DNA of 63,729 nucleotides, filler included, from Neoconidiobolus thromboides FSU 785 (GCA_025603075.1; 9 parts of 9 records of this genome joined end to end with filler, not necessarily neighbours in it); one strand, 5' to 3'. Positions 24,525 to 37,925 are shown, counted from the first letter of the whole stretch. Notes: a model not told the origin generated them from the sequence alone. Translations and numbers: made by a program.

Positions 24525-24632
24525 TATATGGGGATGTGTTTTTGTATTTAAAGATTTTACTGACAATTTTCCTACTCAAATAGCACTTAAAAGATAGAAA
24601 AAGCAATGAGGCCAAAAAAAACATCCCCATAT
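24525..24632 (+). mobile_element. MITE family A
   Basis: TATATGGGGATGTGTTTTTGTATTTAAAG...AAAAAAACATCCCCATAT. Confidence 0.9.
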
Positions 24633-25423
24633 CTTTTATAACTCTTTGAAGTACATTAAAAAATTGAAAACTGACTTTTATGTTTGAAGTATTTTATTAA
24701 TGATGCTTTAATGTTTTCAAAAAACGGATATTTTTATGTTAGACAGAATTCAATACATATAAATAAAGTTAAAGTGCTATGTTAATACCTGAAATATCAA
24801 ATAGATGAAAAGGACTGTTTAATAACAAAAAAAGTTGGTTTAAGTCATTTAAAAAGTTCATCTTGCCAATTTCTGCTCAAAAGTATTGCAGAGAGGTTCT
24901 ATAAAATATTCAATTTTATTAATAACTCTTAAATTATTAAATAAAACGAATAAAACATACATCAAAATATATAGTCCATGACTATCATTATAGTATCTTT
25001 TGAATACCAAAAGACTTTTTATTGAATGAATTTTATAACTGCTTCAAAAATAGCTATATTCTGAAAAACACTATTTTAAAATATAAAAGGTTATATAAAT
25101 CATTTTATATTCAAGAAAAACAATTAAGAATTTCACGGCTTCATCTTTTTTAACGATCTTTATAATTCAATCTTCATCAACTTTGTATTGCCACTATATT
25201 ATCAATAGACTTCGAAAATTTGGCGGTAATTTGCATAGAATCAAACCTTTTAAATTTTATAACTCATGACAATTCAAAGTGAAATGAACCACTGTCTTCA
25301 TGCTCAATTAAAATTATTAAGAGCATGATTTTGTTATTAAATAATACAATCGGGGACTTTGGAAACTATAAATATATCGAAAGAATCCAAAAGTTAATCA
25401 AACAAATTTAATACTAATTAATT

Positions 25424-26209
25424 ATGAATTTAAAACTAATAGCTCTCTTGGTATTAACCTCATTATCTCAAGCAGCTAATGTATTACCAACAACAAGAAT
25501 TATTGATGGTTATGAAGTATCACCTAAATTTAAATATCCATGGATTTTAAGTTTAGATCTTTTGGGACGCCATTTTTGTGCTGGAATGGCTTACAAAAGT
25601 AACTTGATTATTACAGCTGCTCATTGTACTATTTTTGAAACAGAAAAATTTACTGCTAGTTTTCATCGCCATGATTTAACCTTAAATGAATATGTTGAAA
25701 ATGGTCAACGATACCAAGTAATTGATCGTAAAGCTCATCCAGATTATGATGCCAATAAGTTTGATTTAAATGATGTAGCTATTTGGAAAATTGATGGTAC
25801 TTGGGGCTTAGCTCAAAAAGATACTTTTGTTATTGATGATGGTACATTTGCTAAATCAACAAATCAATTATTGGTTACTGTTGGTTGGGGTGCTACTTCA
25901 GAAGGTAGTAAAGGAAGTAATATATTACTAGAAGTAAAAGTGCCTACTTATGACACTAAGAAATGTGTTGACTCTTATAAATCAGTTAACAAAATAGTCA
26001 ATGATACAGTAATGTTCTGTGCTGGTTACCCAGAAGGAGCTAAAGATGCTTGTCAAGGTGATTCTGGAGGTCCAATCTTCAAAGTTGAAGCAGGAAAAAC
26101 TACTCTTGTTGGCATTACTTCATGGGGTCATGGATGTGCTCGAAAAAATTTCCCAGGAATTTATACTAAGTTATTTATGTTCAAATCTTTCATTGAGCAG
26201 GATTTTTAA
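25424..26209 (+). CDS. Secreted trypsin-like serine protease (S1A, 261 aa, intronless)
   Basis: Signal peptide plus pro-segment ending in R-IIDG. Catalytic triad motifs TAAHC, NDVAI and [10 protein letters not shown]; Asp in the S1 pocket. Confidence 0.95.
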   Translation: MNLKLIALLVLTSLSQAANVLPTTRIIDGYEVSPKFKYPWILSLDLLGRHFCAGMAYKSNLIITAAHCTIFETEKFTASFHRHDLTLNEYVENGQRYQVIDRKAHPDYDANKFDLNDVAIWKIDGTWGLAQKDTFVIDDGTFAKSTNQLLVTVGWGATSEGSKGSNILLEVKVPTYDTKKCVDSYKSVNKIVNDTVMFCAGYPEGAKDACQGDSGGPIFKVEAGKTTLVGITSWGHGCARKNFPGIYTKLFMFKSFIEQDF

Positions 26210-27257
26210 ACATTGTAATTGATATTGTGAAGTTGTATCTAAATTAATAGTAATTAACTGTCCAAGTTTGTAATATAATTAATAATAGACAATAAATAAG
26301 CATTGTAAGAAATCTGGTATTAGATATCTTCTTTTACCAATTGAAGTTCATATTGCTCCGATCTATACGTTTTATCAAGGTATATAGAAAATCAGTTATT
26401 TATAATAATCTTAATAAAATTGCTATTTTTAAGGAACAAGTACAAAATAACATAAATTTTATGATTGGTTATTCTACCTACCTTTCTTAAAATTTTAATA
26501 AAATATAAAGGAACTTTCTATAATTTATATTTAAAACAAAGTAGTACTCTTTTGTCTCTTTTTAAAACCAAACTTCTAGAGTTATTGTTATTATTAAATT
26601 TGAATTTTTCAAAATAAGCCATTTGGTATTTGATAAGCTTTCATTATATTAAATAAAGAACTGCTGTTATTTAATACGAACAAAACTCGTACTCTTTTTA
26701 TATTAGTATTTATAAGATAATCCTAGTTTATTCTTTTTTTATTAATAATTTCTTTAGAATATCATTTCTCTATTCTATTTGACTTGTTCTTTTTATTTGA
26801 GAAAGTAGGTAGCTCAAAACACTATATAACTAGGATAAAATCTCTCAACCTTTCACCCTCTCCCTTCATCTTTACTCATTTATTACTTATTGTTCGAATA
26901 TTATTCCTATTAACAAAATATTAAGATTTTTTATACCAAATAAATATCCACGTCATTTTTTACATTGTTGAACTGTACTATGAAATTTTAATTATTTTAT
27001 CCACCAATTAATTGTTGTCACCTTGGAATTTTTACCAAAAATAAATAAAATTTGCTTAATGAATCTTGCAGTAAAAATTAGCTTAAATTAAATTGGAAAT
27101 TAATAAACTAAATTTGAATAATTTTTGCTATTTTGCTAAATTGTTAATTTAATTCAATCATATATTTCATCATCTTATCAATCACAAACTAAGTCAATTT
27201 ACTTTTACTTTTTACTTTCCACTTTTTACTTTTTATTTTTTCTTTCAATTTCAAGAA

Positions 27258-29629
27258 ATGACACCTTCATTTGAAGTATCTACCATCCCTACAAATACCA
27301 CTGGTGAATCGGGTAATTCCAACTTAACATAATAACCATCTTCAATTAATAGTTCATCAAGCCATTTATAAATTAAACTTAACGGAAGATAGTCCCCCAC
27401 CAGCAACCATCTATCATTTATTTCAACAAAGTAAATTCACATCTTTAACTTATTGTAAAAAAATCCATAATCCTACTAATTTTTTTTCTCTTATAGGTTG
27501 TAATCAAGTGCCCAACCAGGATTTTTTAGGAACTCGAGAGAAAATCAATAACACTTTAGATGCTTATGTCTTTCAAACATATTCTCAAGTATATACTCGA
27601 GTTCTTAATTTTTCTAATGGATTACACTATCTAGTCAACAAATATCAATTATTTTATAATAAACAATTAAAAACTATTGGTATTTATTCTACCAATTGTT
27701 CAGAATGGGTTATTTCTGATTTAAGTAATTGTTTTAAGAATCTTATAACTGTAGGTTTATATACTACTTATAATAAATTCATGTTGGAATATGTAATAGC
27801 ACATTCTGAGATTGAAATTTTAATATTAAGTAGAGATAGATTAAGGTTTTTAATAAATAATGAAATTAAATTAGCTGAAGTAAAAATAATAATTATTATT
27901 GAAGAAATAAAGCCAAATGAGTTAATAACATCTTGGACAAAAAAGCAAGGAATAATCATGTATACCTTTAAACAAATAGAGTCTATTGGGAAGAAAAATA
28001 ATTACCCTATTGCCCCACCTTCATCCGATTCTATCTATACCATTTGTTACACTTCTGGAACGACAAATTTACCTAAGGGAGTGTTGTCAACCCATCAAAA
28101 TTATATTGCTTCTTTATTAACCAAACAAAAATCGTTTAGTAATCAAACTAAATTAACTACATATTCTTATTTACCATTAGCACATACCATGGGTCGAGCA
28201 AGTATTTTTTTTATAATTTCTATGAAAGCTCGAGTGGGATTTGTTTCTGATGGGGATATTCGAAATTTTAATTCGGATATCAAGGAACTCAAACCAAATT
28301 ATTTGGCTGCAGTGCCTAAGATTTTGACTAGAATTTATGAACAAGTAATGAAAGCGAGTGAGGGAAAGGGAGAAAAAGCAAAATTATTAAAATTAGCCAT
28401 TGAAGAAAAATTAAAAGATTTTAAAAATGGAAATGGAGTAGAAAATCCAAAATATGAATATTTATTTGATAAGTTCCAACAAGTAATTGGCGGTAAAGTG
28501 AAGTTTCTTGCAGTAGGTTCAGCACCTATTAGTGTACAAGCACTTGATGTATTAAAGGTGGTTTTATCAACAAATATCATTGAAGGTCAATTGAATTTTA
28601 TCTGAATATAAGAAAATAAAAATTAAAGTTTTTTTAGGGTATGGATCAACTGAAACTGCAGCTGCAATAAGTATAACCAACGTATTTAATAATGATACAG
28701 GAAGTGTGGGTCGACCTTATATAAAGTAAGTATTAAGTAATGAATTCAAATACATTTATTAATAAATTAAATTTCTTTATTTATTATCTTTAGTACGGAA
28801 ATTAAACTAGTGAATATACCAGAAATGGGGTATTTAACTACAGATTCCCCATACCCAAGAGGCGAAATCTATGTTCGTGGACCAACAGTGTTTAATAGTT
28901 ATTTTAAAGATGAAAAAGCAACAAAAGAAGCTTTAACTAAAGACCACTGGTTTAAAACTGGGGATATTGGAAAGATAGATGACATAGGGAGATTGTTTAT
29001 TGTTGATAGAAAAAGTCATATATTGAAATTAGGGAATGGTAAATTAAGTTGAATATAATATTAATGAATTTCAATAATCAAGCTTAATTTATTTTAAATA
29101 TATATTTTAGGTGAATTTATATCCCCAGAAAGAATTGAGAATGTGATTAAAAGAAACAAATTAGTTGAACAAGTAATAGTTTATGGGAATTCATTAAAAA
29201 GCCATTTAGTTGCTTTAATAGTACCTAATGAATTAGAAATAATTAAATGGAGTAAACAGAGGTCAAATTTAATGGAGTTAGATTTCAAACAAGTTTGTGA
29301 AAATAAGGAATTAAAAAAGTTGTTATTAATTGAATTACAAAATAGCTGTATAAAAGGTGGATTGGCAAAGTAACTAGTTTTCATTTTTAGTTTGAAATTG
29401 ATTATTAACTTGTTTTATTGTTTTAGATTTGAACTTATTAAAAATATTTATTTACATTCATTGAGTTTTACTATTGATAATGGCTATTTAACGGATACGT
29501 AAGTTATTTTATTCTTATTTTTATTTTTGTTTTTATTTTTTTATTTTTATTTTTATTTTTAGATTTAAAATTAAACGTAGAGTTATAATTAAAGATTTTA
29601 AACATATACTTGATGATCTTTATGAATGA
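27258..29629 (+). CDS. Long-chain fatty-acyl-CoA synthetase, multi-exon (copy 1)
   Basis: [59 protein letters not shown] and the final exon FKIKRR. Spliced through GT-AG introns from ATG 27258. Confidence 0.92.
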
Positions 29630-29730
29630 TTTAATAAGAGCAAAGATAGAATTGCTCAATAATTTGTTTTTGTTGAAATAAATATCAGTTAATAGTAGTA
29701 ATTTATAATTTAGCTAATAACTATTTTATT

Positions 29731-32177
29731 TTATTTATAAAAGCTATCTAAAATAAGTTGAAATTTTTCTTTAACTACTTTACGTCTAAGTTTAAAACTA
29801 AAATAAAATTTAAAATATTAAAATAAATCAATTGTAAATTCAAAGTAAGACATTCAACTTACGTATCATTTAAGAATCCGTTTTCCATCGAAAAAGGAAT
29901 TGGATGAATGTAAATATATTGAATAATTTCAAAACTAAATAAAATAAAATAAAATAAAATAAAATAAAATAAAATAAAATAAAATAAAATGAAAATCTTA
30001 AAAACTTACCTAGCCAATCCTTCTTTTTTACAACTATCTTGAATCTCTTTTAGCAATAATTTGTTTAATTTTTTATCTTTAACAGCCTCTTCCAAAGTTA
30101 ATTGATCATTGTTTAATCTCTTTTTACTCCAGTTAAGAAAATGAAGTTCGTCTGGAATAATTAAAGCAACTAGATAAGAATCTGTTGATTTTCCATAAAC
30201 AAATGATTGTAAAATTAATTCATAGCGATTAATTTGATTTTCAATTCTCTCAGGAGCAATGAATTCACCTAATATAACAATAATAAAAAGACTTATTTAG
30301 TATCAATTCATAAAACCCAAACTTCCATTATATCAAATTTACTCTTATTTCTAAATACTACTTAAAAGAACTTACCATGTGATAATTTAAACATATTACT
30401 TTTTCTATCAATTATTCTCAATCTACCACTATCATCAATCATTCCTACATCCCCTGTAAGATACCAACCATCTTTTGTTAATACTTCTTTAGTAGCTTTT
30501 TCATTTTTAAAATATCCTTCAAATACACTAAATCCTTTAACACAAATTTCACCTCTTGGAAAAGGTTGGTCACTACTTAAATAGTTCATTTCAGGGATAT
30601 CTAGGAGTTTAAGTTGAAGACTAAATATAGTTGGTTCTTAGTATTTTATAATCAATATATATATAACAAGATTAAAAACTTTACTTTATATGAACTGGAC
30701 CCACTGTACCTGAATCTGAATCATTTCTATAAGCAGTAGATATATTAGCTGCAGTTTCGGTTGATCCATAACCTAATTATTAAAATGATCAACTATTTAC
30801 ATCTATATACTATAAAATTAATTTTTTTATTACCTTCGCAAATATCAGCTGATAAAACTACTTTCAAAATATTCAAGGCTTCAAAAGAAATAGGGGCTGA
30901 ACCAATTCCTAAGAAGGTAACTCTACCTCCTAAAGCTTGACGAAATGGAGCAAATAAAGCATCATATTTCTCTGATTTGACTCCATTACCAAGGTGAAAT
31001 TGATTCAATTTAAAATCGATAGCCTCTTTTAATAATTTCCCTGCATCACTTTTTGAAGCAATAACCTTTTGTACCTCATCGTAAATTCTTAATAATATCC
31101 TAGGTACAGCAGCCAATGCAGTTGGCTTCAATACTTGTATATCATCCGAAAAATTTAACAAAGAACCAGAATTAAAGCCTATACTACCTTCACAATAAAT
31201 GGTATAAAGAATATTACTTCTTTCTAAACAATGAGCTAATGGGAGATAAGAATAAGCCAAAGCAGAGGTAAGATCACCAAAAGCTTCACGTTTAGAGGGT
31301 AGGAAACCGAGATAATTGAAATGAGTGGAGATCACTCCCTTAGGATAACCAGTGGTTCCAGAAGTGTAACAGATGGTATAAATCGATTGTGGAGTAGGTG
31401 GAGTAGGCGAAACTGGATTTAATTGACCCATTTTTTCCACTTGAGTAAAGAATTTCAAAGTTACATTTTCACTCTCTGCCCATCGAAAGATATCACTGTC
31501 ATTCTCTACTTCATCCATACAAATTAGCAATTTGATTTGATATAAATTGATTTTATTTTTAATTAAGAATTTTAATTTATCAAAACTTAATATCAATATT
31601 TCAATTTCTGAATGTTCTATTACATAACTTAGGATCTCAATGCCATATGTATTATATAATCCAACAGTAGTACAATCTCTAAAACTTATACTTAAATCAC
31701 TGATTGTCCATTCACTACGATTAGAAGAATAAATACCAATTGTTTTGATAGATTTTGTTGATGGATATAATTGATATTGTTGAATTAAATGACTTAGTCC
31801 GGAAGAAAAATTAAGCACTCGATTATAAACTTCAGAATAAGTTTCAAACTTATAATCACCTAGTTTGTTGTTAATAGTTTCTCGAGTACCAAGAAAGTTG
31901 GAATTAGGAATTTTTTGAACAACTAAATAAAAATAAAAGATATTGATTTAGTATAATCACTTTTAATTGACTTGATTATCACCTTTAGTAAATAATTCAT
32001 ATACTGTTTTTGGATACTTTTTGCCTTGAGTAACTTGTTGTTCATCTACAACATTAAGGTAGATAGCTAACAAAATAAATCTGATTTGATAAATTGAAAA
32101 AAATACAAGATAACAAGCTTACCCGTCTGTCCTGGTTGCTTAGTATTTGACAATTGTTTAGCAAAGATATAAACCAT
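29731..32177 (-). CDS. Long-chain fatty-acyl-CoA synthetase, multi-exon (copy 2)
   Basis: [74 protein letters not shown] and the final exon FKLRRKVV. Confidence 0.92.
29936..29990. repeat. (TAAAA)n pentanucleotide microsatellite in an intron of acyl-CoA synthetase 2
   Basis: About 11 consecutive TAAAA units. Confidence 0.9.
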
Positions 32178-32983
32178 TTTATTGAAAATAGAAACTAAAA
32201 ATCAATGATATTTTAATTTGTTACTGCCTTTTATACTTTATTTTTATTATAATTGTCATCCGATTAATTTAAGGGAGAAGTTTCGTTTTTATTTTTATTT
32301 ATTATATGACACTTACCTTTTGAAGTAAAAGCATGAATTCTCAGTTTTTAAATTAATTAATGTCTGATATAAACGATAGTAATTGAATATTTCTATTTAT
32401 ATTTATAAATTATTGATTATGTGGAAATTGATTTTTTATGTGAATTTGTATAAATAATATCTTATTTTAATATAGATAATGGAATTTAATAATGTTCTAG
32501 TTAAATGTTATAATAGTTATTTAGAAATCTTTTTTTCATTGAATTGACTTTTTTATAAGATAGTGGCTTGAAATTGATGATTTCATTTTAATGAATTGTA
32601 ACCAATAAATTTTCAACTTTGAAAAATCAATATTAAAAAAGAACAATTTTTTTGTGATTTTCCTTTTTTAGAATTGAAAAAAGCTGAAAATAAAAAAAGT
32701 AAATAGATTTAATGAATTATTAATTTGTATACTAACAAAATGATCACAATATAAATACATTAATGTGTTGTTATTAACATTAATATTTCAAATAGTTGAA
32801 TAAAAACTCATTAATATAAACTAGTTAATCTTATTGAAATTAAGCTGAGATAAGAGATTTGAGATTGAATGTTATTGACTTCGGATAATATTAATTTTAA
32901 TAAGAATGTTAAACTAAGAAAAAGAGAGGGGTTTTAAAGAGTTATCTACTTTTAAAATTCGCCTATTACTTTTGTTGTTTTTT

Positions 32984-33083
32984 AATAAATTAGAAATAAA
33001 TATAATAAATTAGAAATAAATATAATAAATATAATAAATATAATAAATATAATAAATATAATAAATATAATAAATATAATAAA
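32984..33083. repeat. AT-only tandem repeat: 20-bp unit x2, then (AATAAATAT) x ~7
   Basis: Direct inspection. Confidence 0.85.
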
Positions 33084-33529
33084 CATACTTTTGTGAAATA
33101 ACTCTAGAAGGAATTTTAAAAAATTGGAAAAAAATTGGATTGAAATAGTTAAGTTGATGAAAGATGAACAGTAGCTTTACTGGAGTTTAAAAAGCTGATT
33201 TTACAATTAACAAATGGTTAATTTATATTAAATTCATATTATTTTGAATTTATTTTTTTAGAAAAGTTTCAGAAATAGTGAATTTAACTACCAAAATTAA
33301 AATCAAACTTAGTATTAAAATTATGTTTCATTTCTTAACAATTTCAATACATAGTTATCCAAAAACATTATCTATAATCTCTTAGTATGTTGTAAAAAAG
33401 GTTCAATTAGCTATTGGTAATTCGGTTATTTCATTAGCCAATAAAATTTGATGATTATTAACATTCAAAATAAAATAAAATAAAAAAATAATCCATATAG
33501 TCACATTAAACTTCAACATCTTTTATATA

Positions 33530-34471
33530 ATGTCTAAACGGTAATTTACAATAATTCAGATATATAACAAAAACAAATAACTAAATCTCTTATTTTTTAT
33601 TAGTAAACGTCAAGTACTCACTATCTTTGAAAAAAAAGCCATTATTCAACATTATGAATCTGGGTTATCTCATCAAGAGATATCTAATTTATATCACTGT
33701 GGTCGTAGCACAGTAACAAAAATCATTAATAAAAGAGAGAGCATAAGAAATATTCAACCTTATTATAACAGTAGAAAGAAAATAGTAGCTTCTCCATTTT
33801 CTGAATTAGAAACTAAAGTATTAGATTGGTGTGTTGATGAAAAGATGAAGAGAGAATTAGAGTTAAAGTTAGAAAGAGAGAAAGAGTTAGAAACAGAATT
33901 AAAAACAGAGTTAGAAAGGGGGTTGTTTATAAAGCAAGAAATTACAAGATATGATATAATGGAGAAAAGTAAATTAATTGCTAATGATTTAAAAGTGGAA
34001 AATTTTAAGGGTAATCGAGTTTGGTTTAATCAATTTATTAAAAGATTTCAATTAAAGTTTCAATTAAAACTCTTAAATCAAAAGGAAACTAATGGAAAGA
34101 AAGAGGGGGTGGATAAGTTAGGTGATAACAAGTTTATTAGAAAAGAAAAAAAAAAGATCAAAGTTCTGGAGGCAATGGGAGAGATAGCAATGACTAATGA
34201 AATGATTGTTCCTAATGATAATAATATGGATGATTTAAGTATATGTTCTAATGATGGACTATCGAATCCATCTAGTAATGTTTTTAATACTTCACTTATT
34301 TCTATTGACACTTTAGGTCCATCAACTAATAATCCAATCAATCTTTCTAATTATTCAACTAATTTTTTTAACACTTCTTACACTTTAACTAATACTTCGT
34401 TAAATCATACCTTAATTAATACTAACACGTATAATGATTTTTTCGATTTAACACCTAGCTTCTATTTTTGA
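33530..34471 (+). CDS. CENP-B/pogo-type DNA-binding protein (HTH_psq plus HTH_Tc5) lacking the DDE domain
   Basis: ATG 33530, intron 33541-33603, in frame with ORF 33845. KRQVLTIFEKKAIIQHYESGLSHQEISNLYHCGRSTVTKII...FSELETKVLDWC...EKSKLIANDLKVENFKGNRVWFNQFIKRF follows the CENP-B N-terminal pattern. Confidence 0.8.
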
Positions 34472-35776
34472 TTTTGAAAAAAGTAGAGTTTGAGACTTGA
34501 AACAATTTTTATAGGTGATTGATAATAATATAATCGTTTTAACTACCCCTTCTATTGACAATTTGCCTGATAGTTCTCACCTTCTCTACTACTTCATTTA
34601 CTTTATCCAATTCTTTCTTTAATTCCTTTTTTTCAGTATGATACTGCTTCTATTTACTACCTAATTTTAACGTTTATTCTAAATAAATCCATCAAGTCTG
34701 AGACTTGAACATTTAATCATTTTTATTATTTTTGTTCTTCTGTTTTTTTAAAAGTTAAGTAAACTATAACTAAGTAAGGTTTGAAATATTAAAAAATATT
34801 CCAAGTATAATTCTGGTAAAAACCTTATTTATTATATCATCAGATTTTATTAAATATGAATAATTTGGTTATTCTATTTTATCATGCTATTTGCATTGCT
34901 ATTGCTATTGCCATTTTAAAAAATTATATTTAAAATTATATATTTATACAATTCAATATTTTTATTCATTTTTGTTATATTTGAGCATTCTTTTGATCGA
35001 TATGTAGTGATAAGTAATATGTTATAAAAAAGTATACTCTAAAAAAATAAAAAGTAAGAACTTCCTTTCACAACTTTGTTTTTTCTTAACTGATTTTATG
35101 AATACAATTTGGTTTTATAAAGATAGAGATATATCCTCTTCAATTAAACAGTTTCTTCACTTACATAACATACTACTACCTTATTGTATATCATCCGGCT
35201 TATCTGCTTTGATCTTGAGATTCTACTACTACAGATAAAACATTTGAAAGTGTTATTACTTTCAAGCTTTTAAGTACATATTCAATGTAGATGTAAAAAT
35301 TAGTTAGTGTAATAAAAGAAGAGTGATATTCTGTACTTTATTTCTGCTTTTGTACTAAAATTCATTGTACTTTACAATATCAGTGGAATCTTTGACTTTT
35401 AAAATACTTAAGTGGCCAATATAAAAAGAAAATTAGAACTAAAGAATAGAAATTTTCAAATGAAAACATCATTAATAAGTCGTATTCCTACTATACTTTC
35501 CCAAAGTTAAACGTATACTCAATAATGGTCTCTAAACTAACTAATAATCTAATAAATCATAGATGGCTGTAGAGAATACATTTTCAGAACAATAATTTCT
35601 TTCAAAGTAGTTTCTAAACATCAAATAGCAAATGAATATTATAAATAACAAACTAATATTGCAAATAAATTAATAATTAAAATAGTTAAAAATAATAAAT
35701 AATATAAGATATAGTTTATTTAATATAAATAAGTTTTGAAAAAATACTGTTGATTAATAACCAAAAATGGATGCAT

Positions 35777-35955
35777 TTAAAAATCAGCATCGAGAGTAAA
35801 AGCCATATTGTTTGATTCTTTAGAAAGGGAAGCCATAACACCAGCTCTTTGATATTCAGCTACCTTCTTTTCAAAGAAATTAGTTTTCCCTTGCATAGAA
35901 ATCATATCCATAAAATCAAATGGATTTTCAACGTTATAAATCTTAACTTGACCTA
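35777..35955 (-). CDS. RNR2: Ribonucleotide reductase small subunit, C-terminal end (rest in the gap)
   Basis: [37 protein letters not shown]...AFTLDADF* is the canonical eukaryotic R2 tail. Confidence 0.9.
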
Positions 35956-36055
35956 NNNNNNNNNNNNNNNNNNNNNNNNNNNNNNNNNNNNNNNNNNNNT
36001 TAATTAATTAANNNNNNNNNNNNNNNNNNNNNNNNNNNNNNNNNNNNNNNNNNNN

Positions 36056-36497
36056 GAATTTTAGTTTAGTAATTAAGACTCTTATCGTAAGTTAGATTTA
36101 CCTAGTGCTAAATACCGTTTCCCCAGCAATTTGAAATCCATTATAAAAACCAGATTTTGCAAAAGAATAAGTCGAATAAACTTCCTTTGCTGCTTCATCC
36201 GATGCAATGGATATACCATCCCAACCTAATATAATTTTATTACTTTGAAGTTTTATATCACCCGATTTTCTTACTGATTCTAACAACATTTCCATACTTT
36301 TGATGCAATTTGGTAGAATACAAATGAAAAGTTCCATTAACTGCATAAAAAGTACTAGCAAGTGGGAATATTTGATTGATTAATGGACCTGGTACTTTCC
36401 TTAGTGGACTAAAAAATAGATTATATATCACTTTATAAGCCCAATAAGATATTAAAGTGACTAGAACATAAATTAGTGCTAATGTAAGTGAAATCAT
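36056..36497 (-). CDS. Cytochrome P450, N-terminal part (rest in the gap)
   Basis: TM anchor, then LFFSPLRKVPGP, LHQKYGNVVRI-GWDGISI and KSGFYNGF...ETVFSTR. Confidence 0.85.
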
Positions 36498-37333
36498 TTT
36501 GTTTTATTTATTTAATCTTTTTTTGTTAAAATAACTTGAATTTATACTTATTAATTTTCGGCAATGGATTAAAAATCTCCATAATATTCAATTTTTTATC
36601 CATCCCCACTCCTTTTTAAGAAACTACACCTTCAGATTGAAATTCTTGTGACTCCCTGCTTCTTATATTTTGTTCAATGAGAAATGAAATTCGTAAAATA
36701 TATTAGGCATGATTGTATTTAATATTAGCTATATAGCTATTGTCGAATTATTAGTAAAACACAATAGCAAGAAACACTCAAAATTTCAAAGTTAAGTAAT
36801 AAATAGAGATTTTTATTACATTCAAGTCAAATATAAGTAAAATTAAGCCAACATAAAATTTAGAAATTAGCAAGATTGAAACATCTAATTTCTATTTAAT
36901 TTTTGAATCTAAGGATTATTATTTAAAGAGATTTTAATAACACAAGAATCCTATTAAAAAATAGTAACTAATAAAATTATCTATTCTTATGTTATTAGGG
37001 ACTTTTCAAATTTTATTGTAGATATTTTGTATCAGAAGGTCTCTGCTTTGAGAGAAGATAGTTCAAATACTACTTTTTCAAACACTCACATCGATTATCT
37101 TTATCCCTTAGTTATTTATGTGATAGATTTTTATAGTTGTCATGACTTTTTAGCGATAATTTTTATAAGTATCATAGAATCCAATTAGATTCAAAAGCGT
37201 TTTTTTAGTCTGATTCAAATGTTTTAAAATTTTAACAAAATCATCATATATCTTAAATAGGCAGCCAAATAGGACACAAAAGAGTTACAACAGTTCTAAT
37301 AGTTAAAAAAAGTCATTAATTATCAAATCGATG

Positions 37334-37507
37334 TTAGTAGCCTAAAAATGCAAATAATGCTAGTGAAAAAGAGTTCGAAATTTTATTCGTTTTTAGAAGC
37401 ATAGATATCAACTGGTTTTTCTGGAGCATTGACAATAAATGATTTAGATTTTACATCTTCTTCATCTTTTAATTTGAAATTAAAGTTATATACTAGTGAT
37501 GCAGTAG
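37334..37507 (-). CDS. Probable C-terminal end of a second cytochrome P450
   Basis: TASLVYNFNFKLKDEEDVKSKSFIVNAPEKPVDIYASK resembles the post-heme P450 tail. The heme motif would lie in the gap. Confidence 0.4.
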
Positions 37508-37608
37508 NNNNNNNNNNNNNNNNNNNNNNNNNNNNNNNNNNNNNNNNNNNNTTAATTAATTAANNNNNNNNNNNNNNNNNNNNNNNNNNNNNNNNNNNNN
37601 NNNNNNNC

Positions 37609-37925
37609 TAGTAGTAAAGATTGTTTACTTTTAGAATATAAGATTATTGAGAAACTAAAAGATATTTGTCTTTTACAAAATGATAGCCAGCGTTTGATTG
37701 TTCATAATTTTTAGTTCAAACTTCAAATGTTATTCTTTGATTTAATATTTTGGGTATTTATTGATATTTGATAATACTTTTACTTTTATTCATTCAAAAT
37801 AGTTTGATAGTAGCTATGATTTATTTGATCAGATATTGGACTAACTTGGTAAGCTGTCCAAAGACAACAAGATGTTTTTACTATCTGTTATTGATTTTAC
37901 AATACAAACTGATATCAAGAAATAG
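37609..37925 (+). pseudogene. Zn2Cys6 array member 0: 3' fragment with stops and a frameshift
   Basis: Translates to SKDCLLLEYKIIEKLKDICLLQND...SK*FDSSYDLFDQILD*LGKLSKDNKMFLLSVIDFTIQTDIKK*, which aligns with the C-termini of the intact members. Confidence 0.75.

Noticed and set aside
34530-34720. Minus-strand KQYHTEKKELKKELDKVNEVVEKVRTIRQIVNRRGS stretch
   Set aside because: It is short, with no convincing start or upstream exon, so it cannot be supported as a gene.
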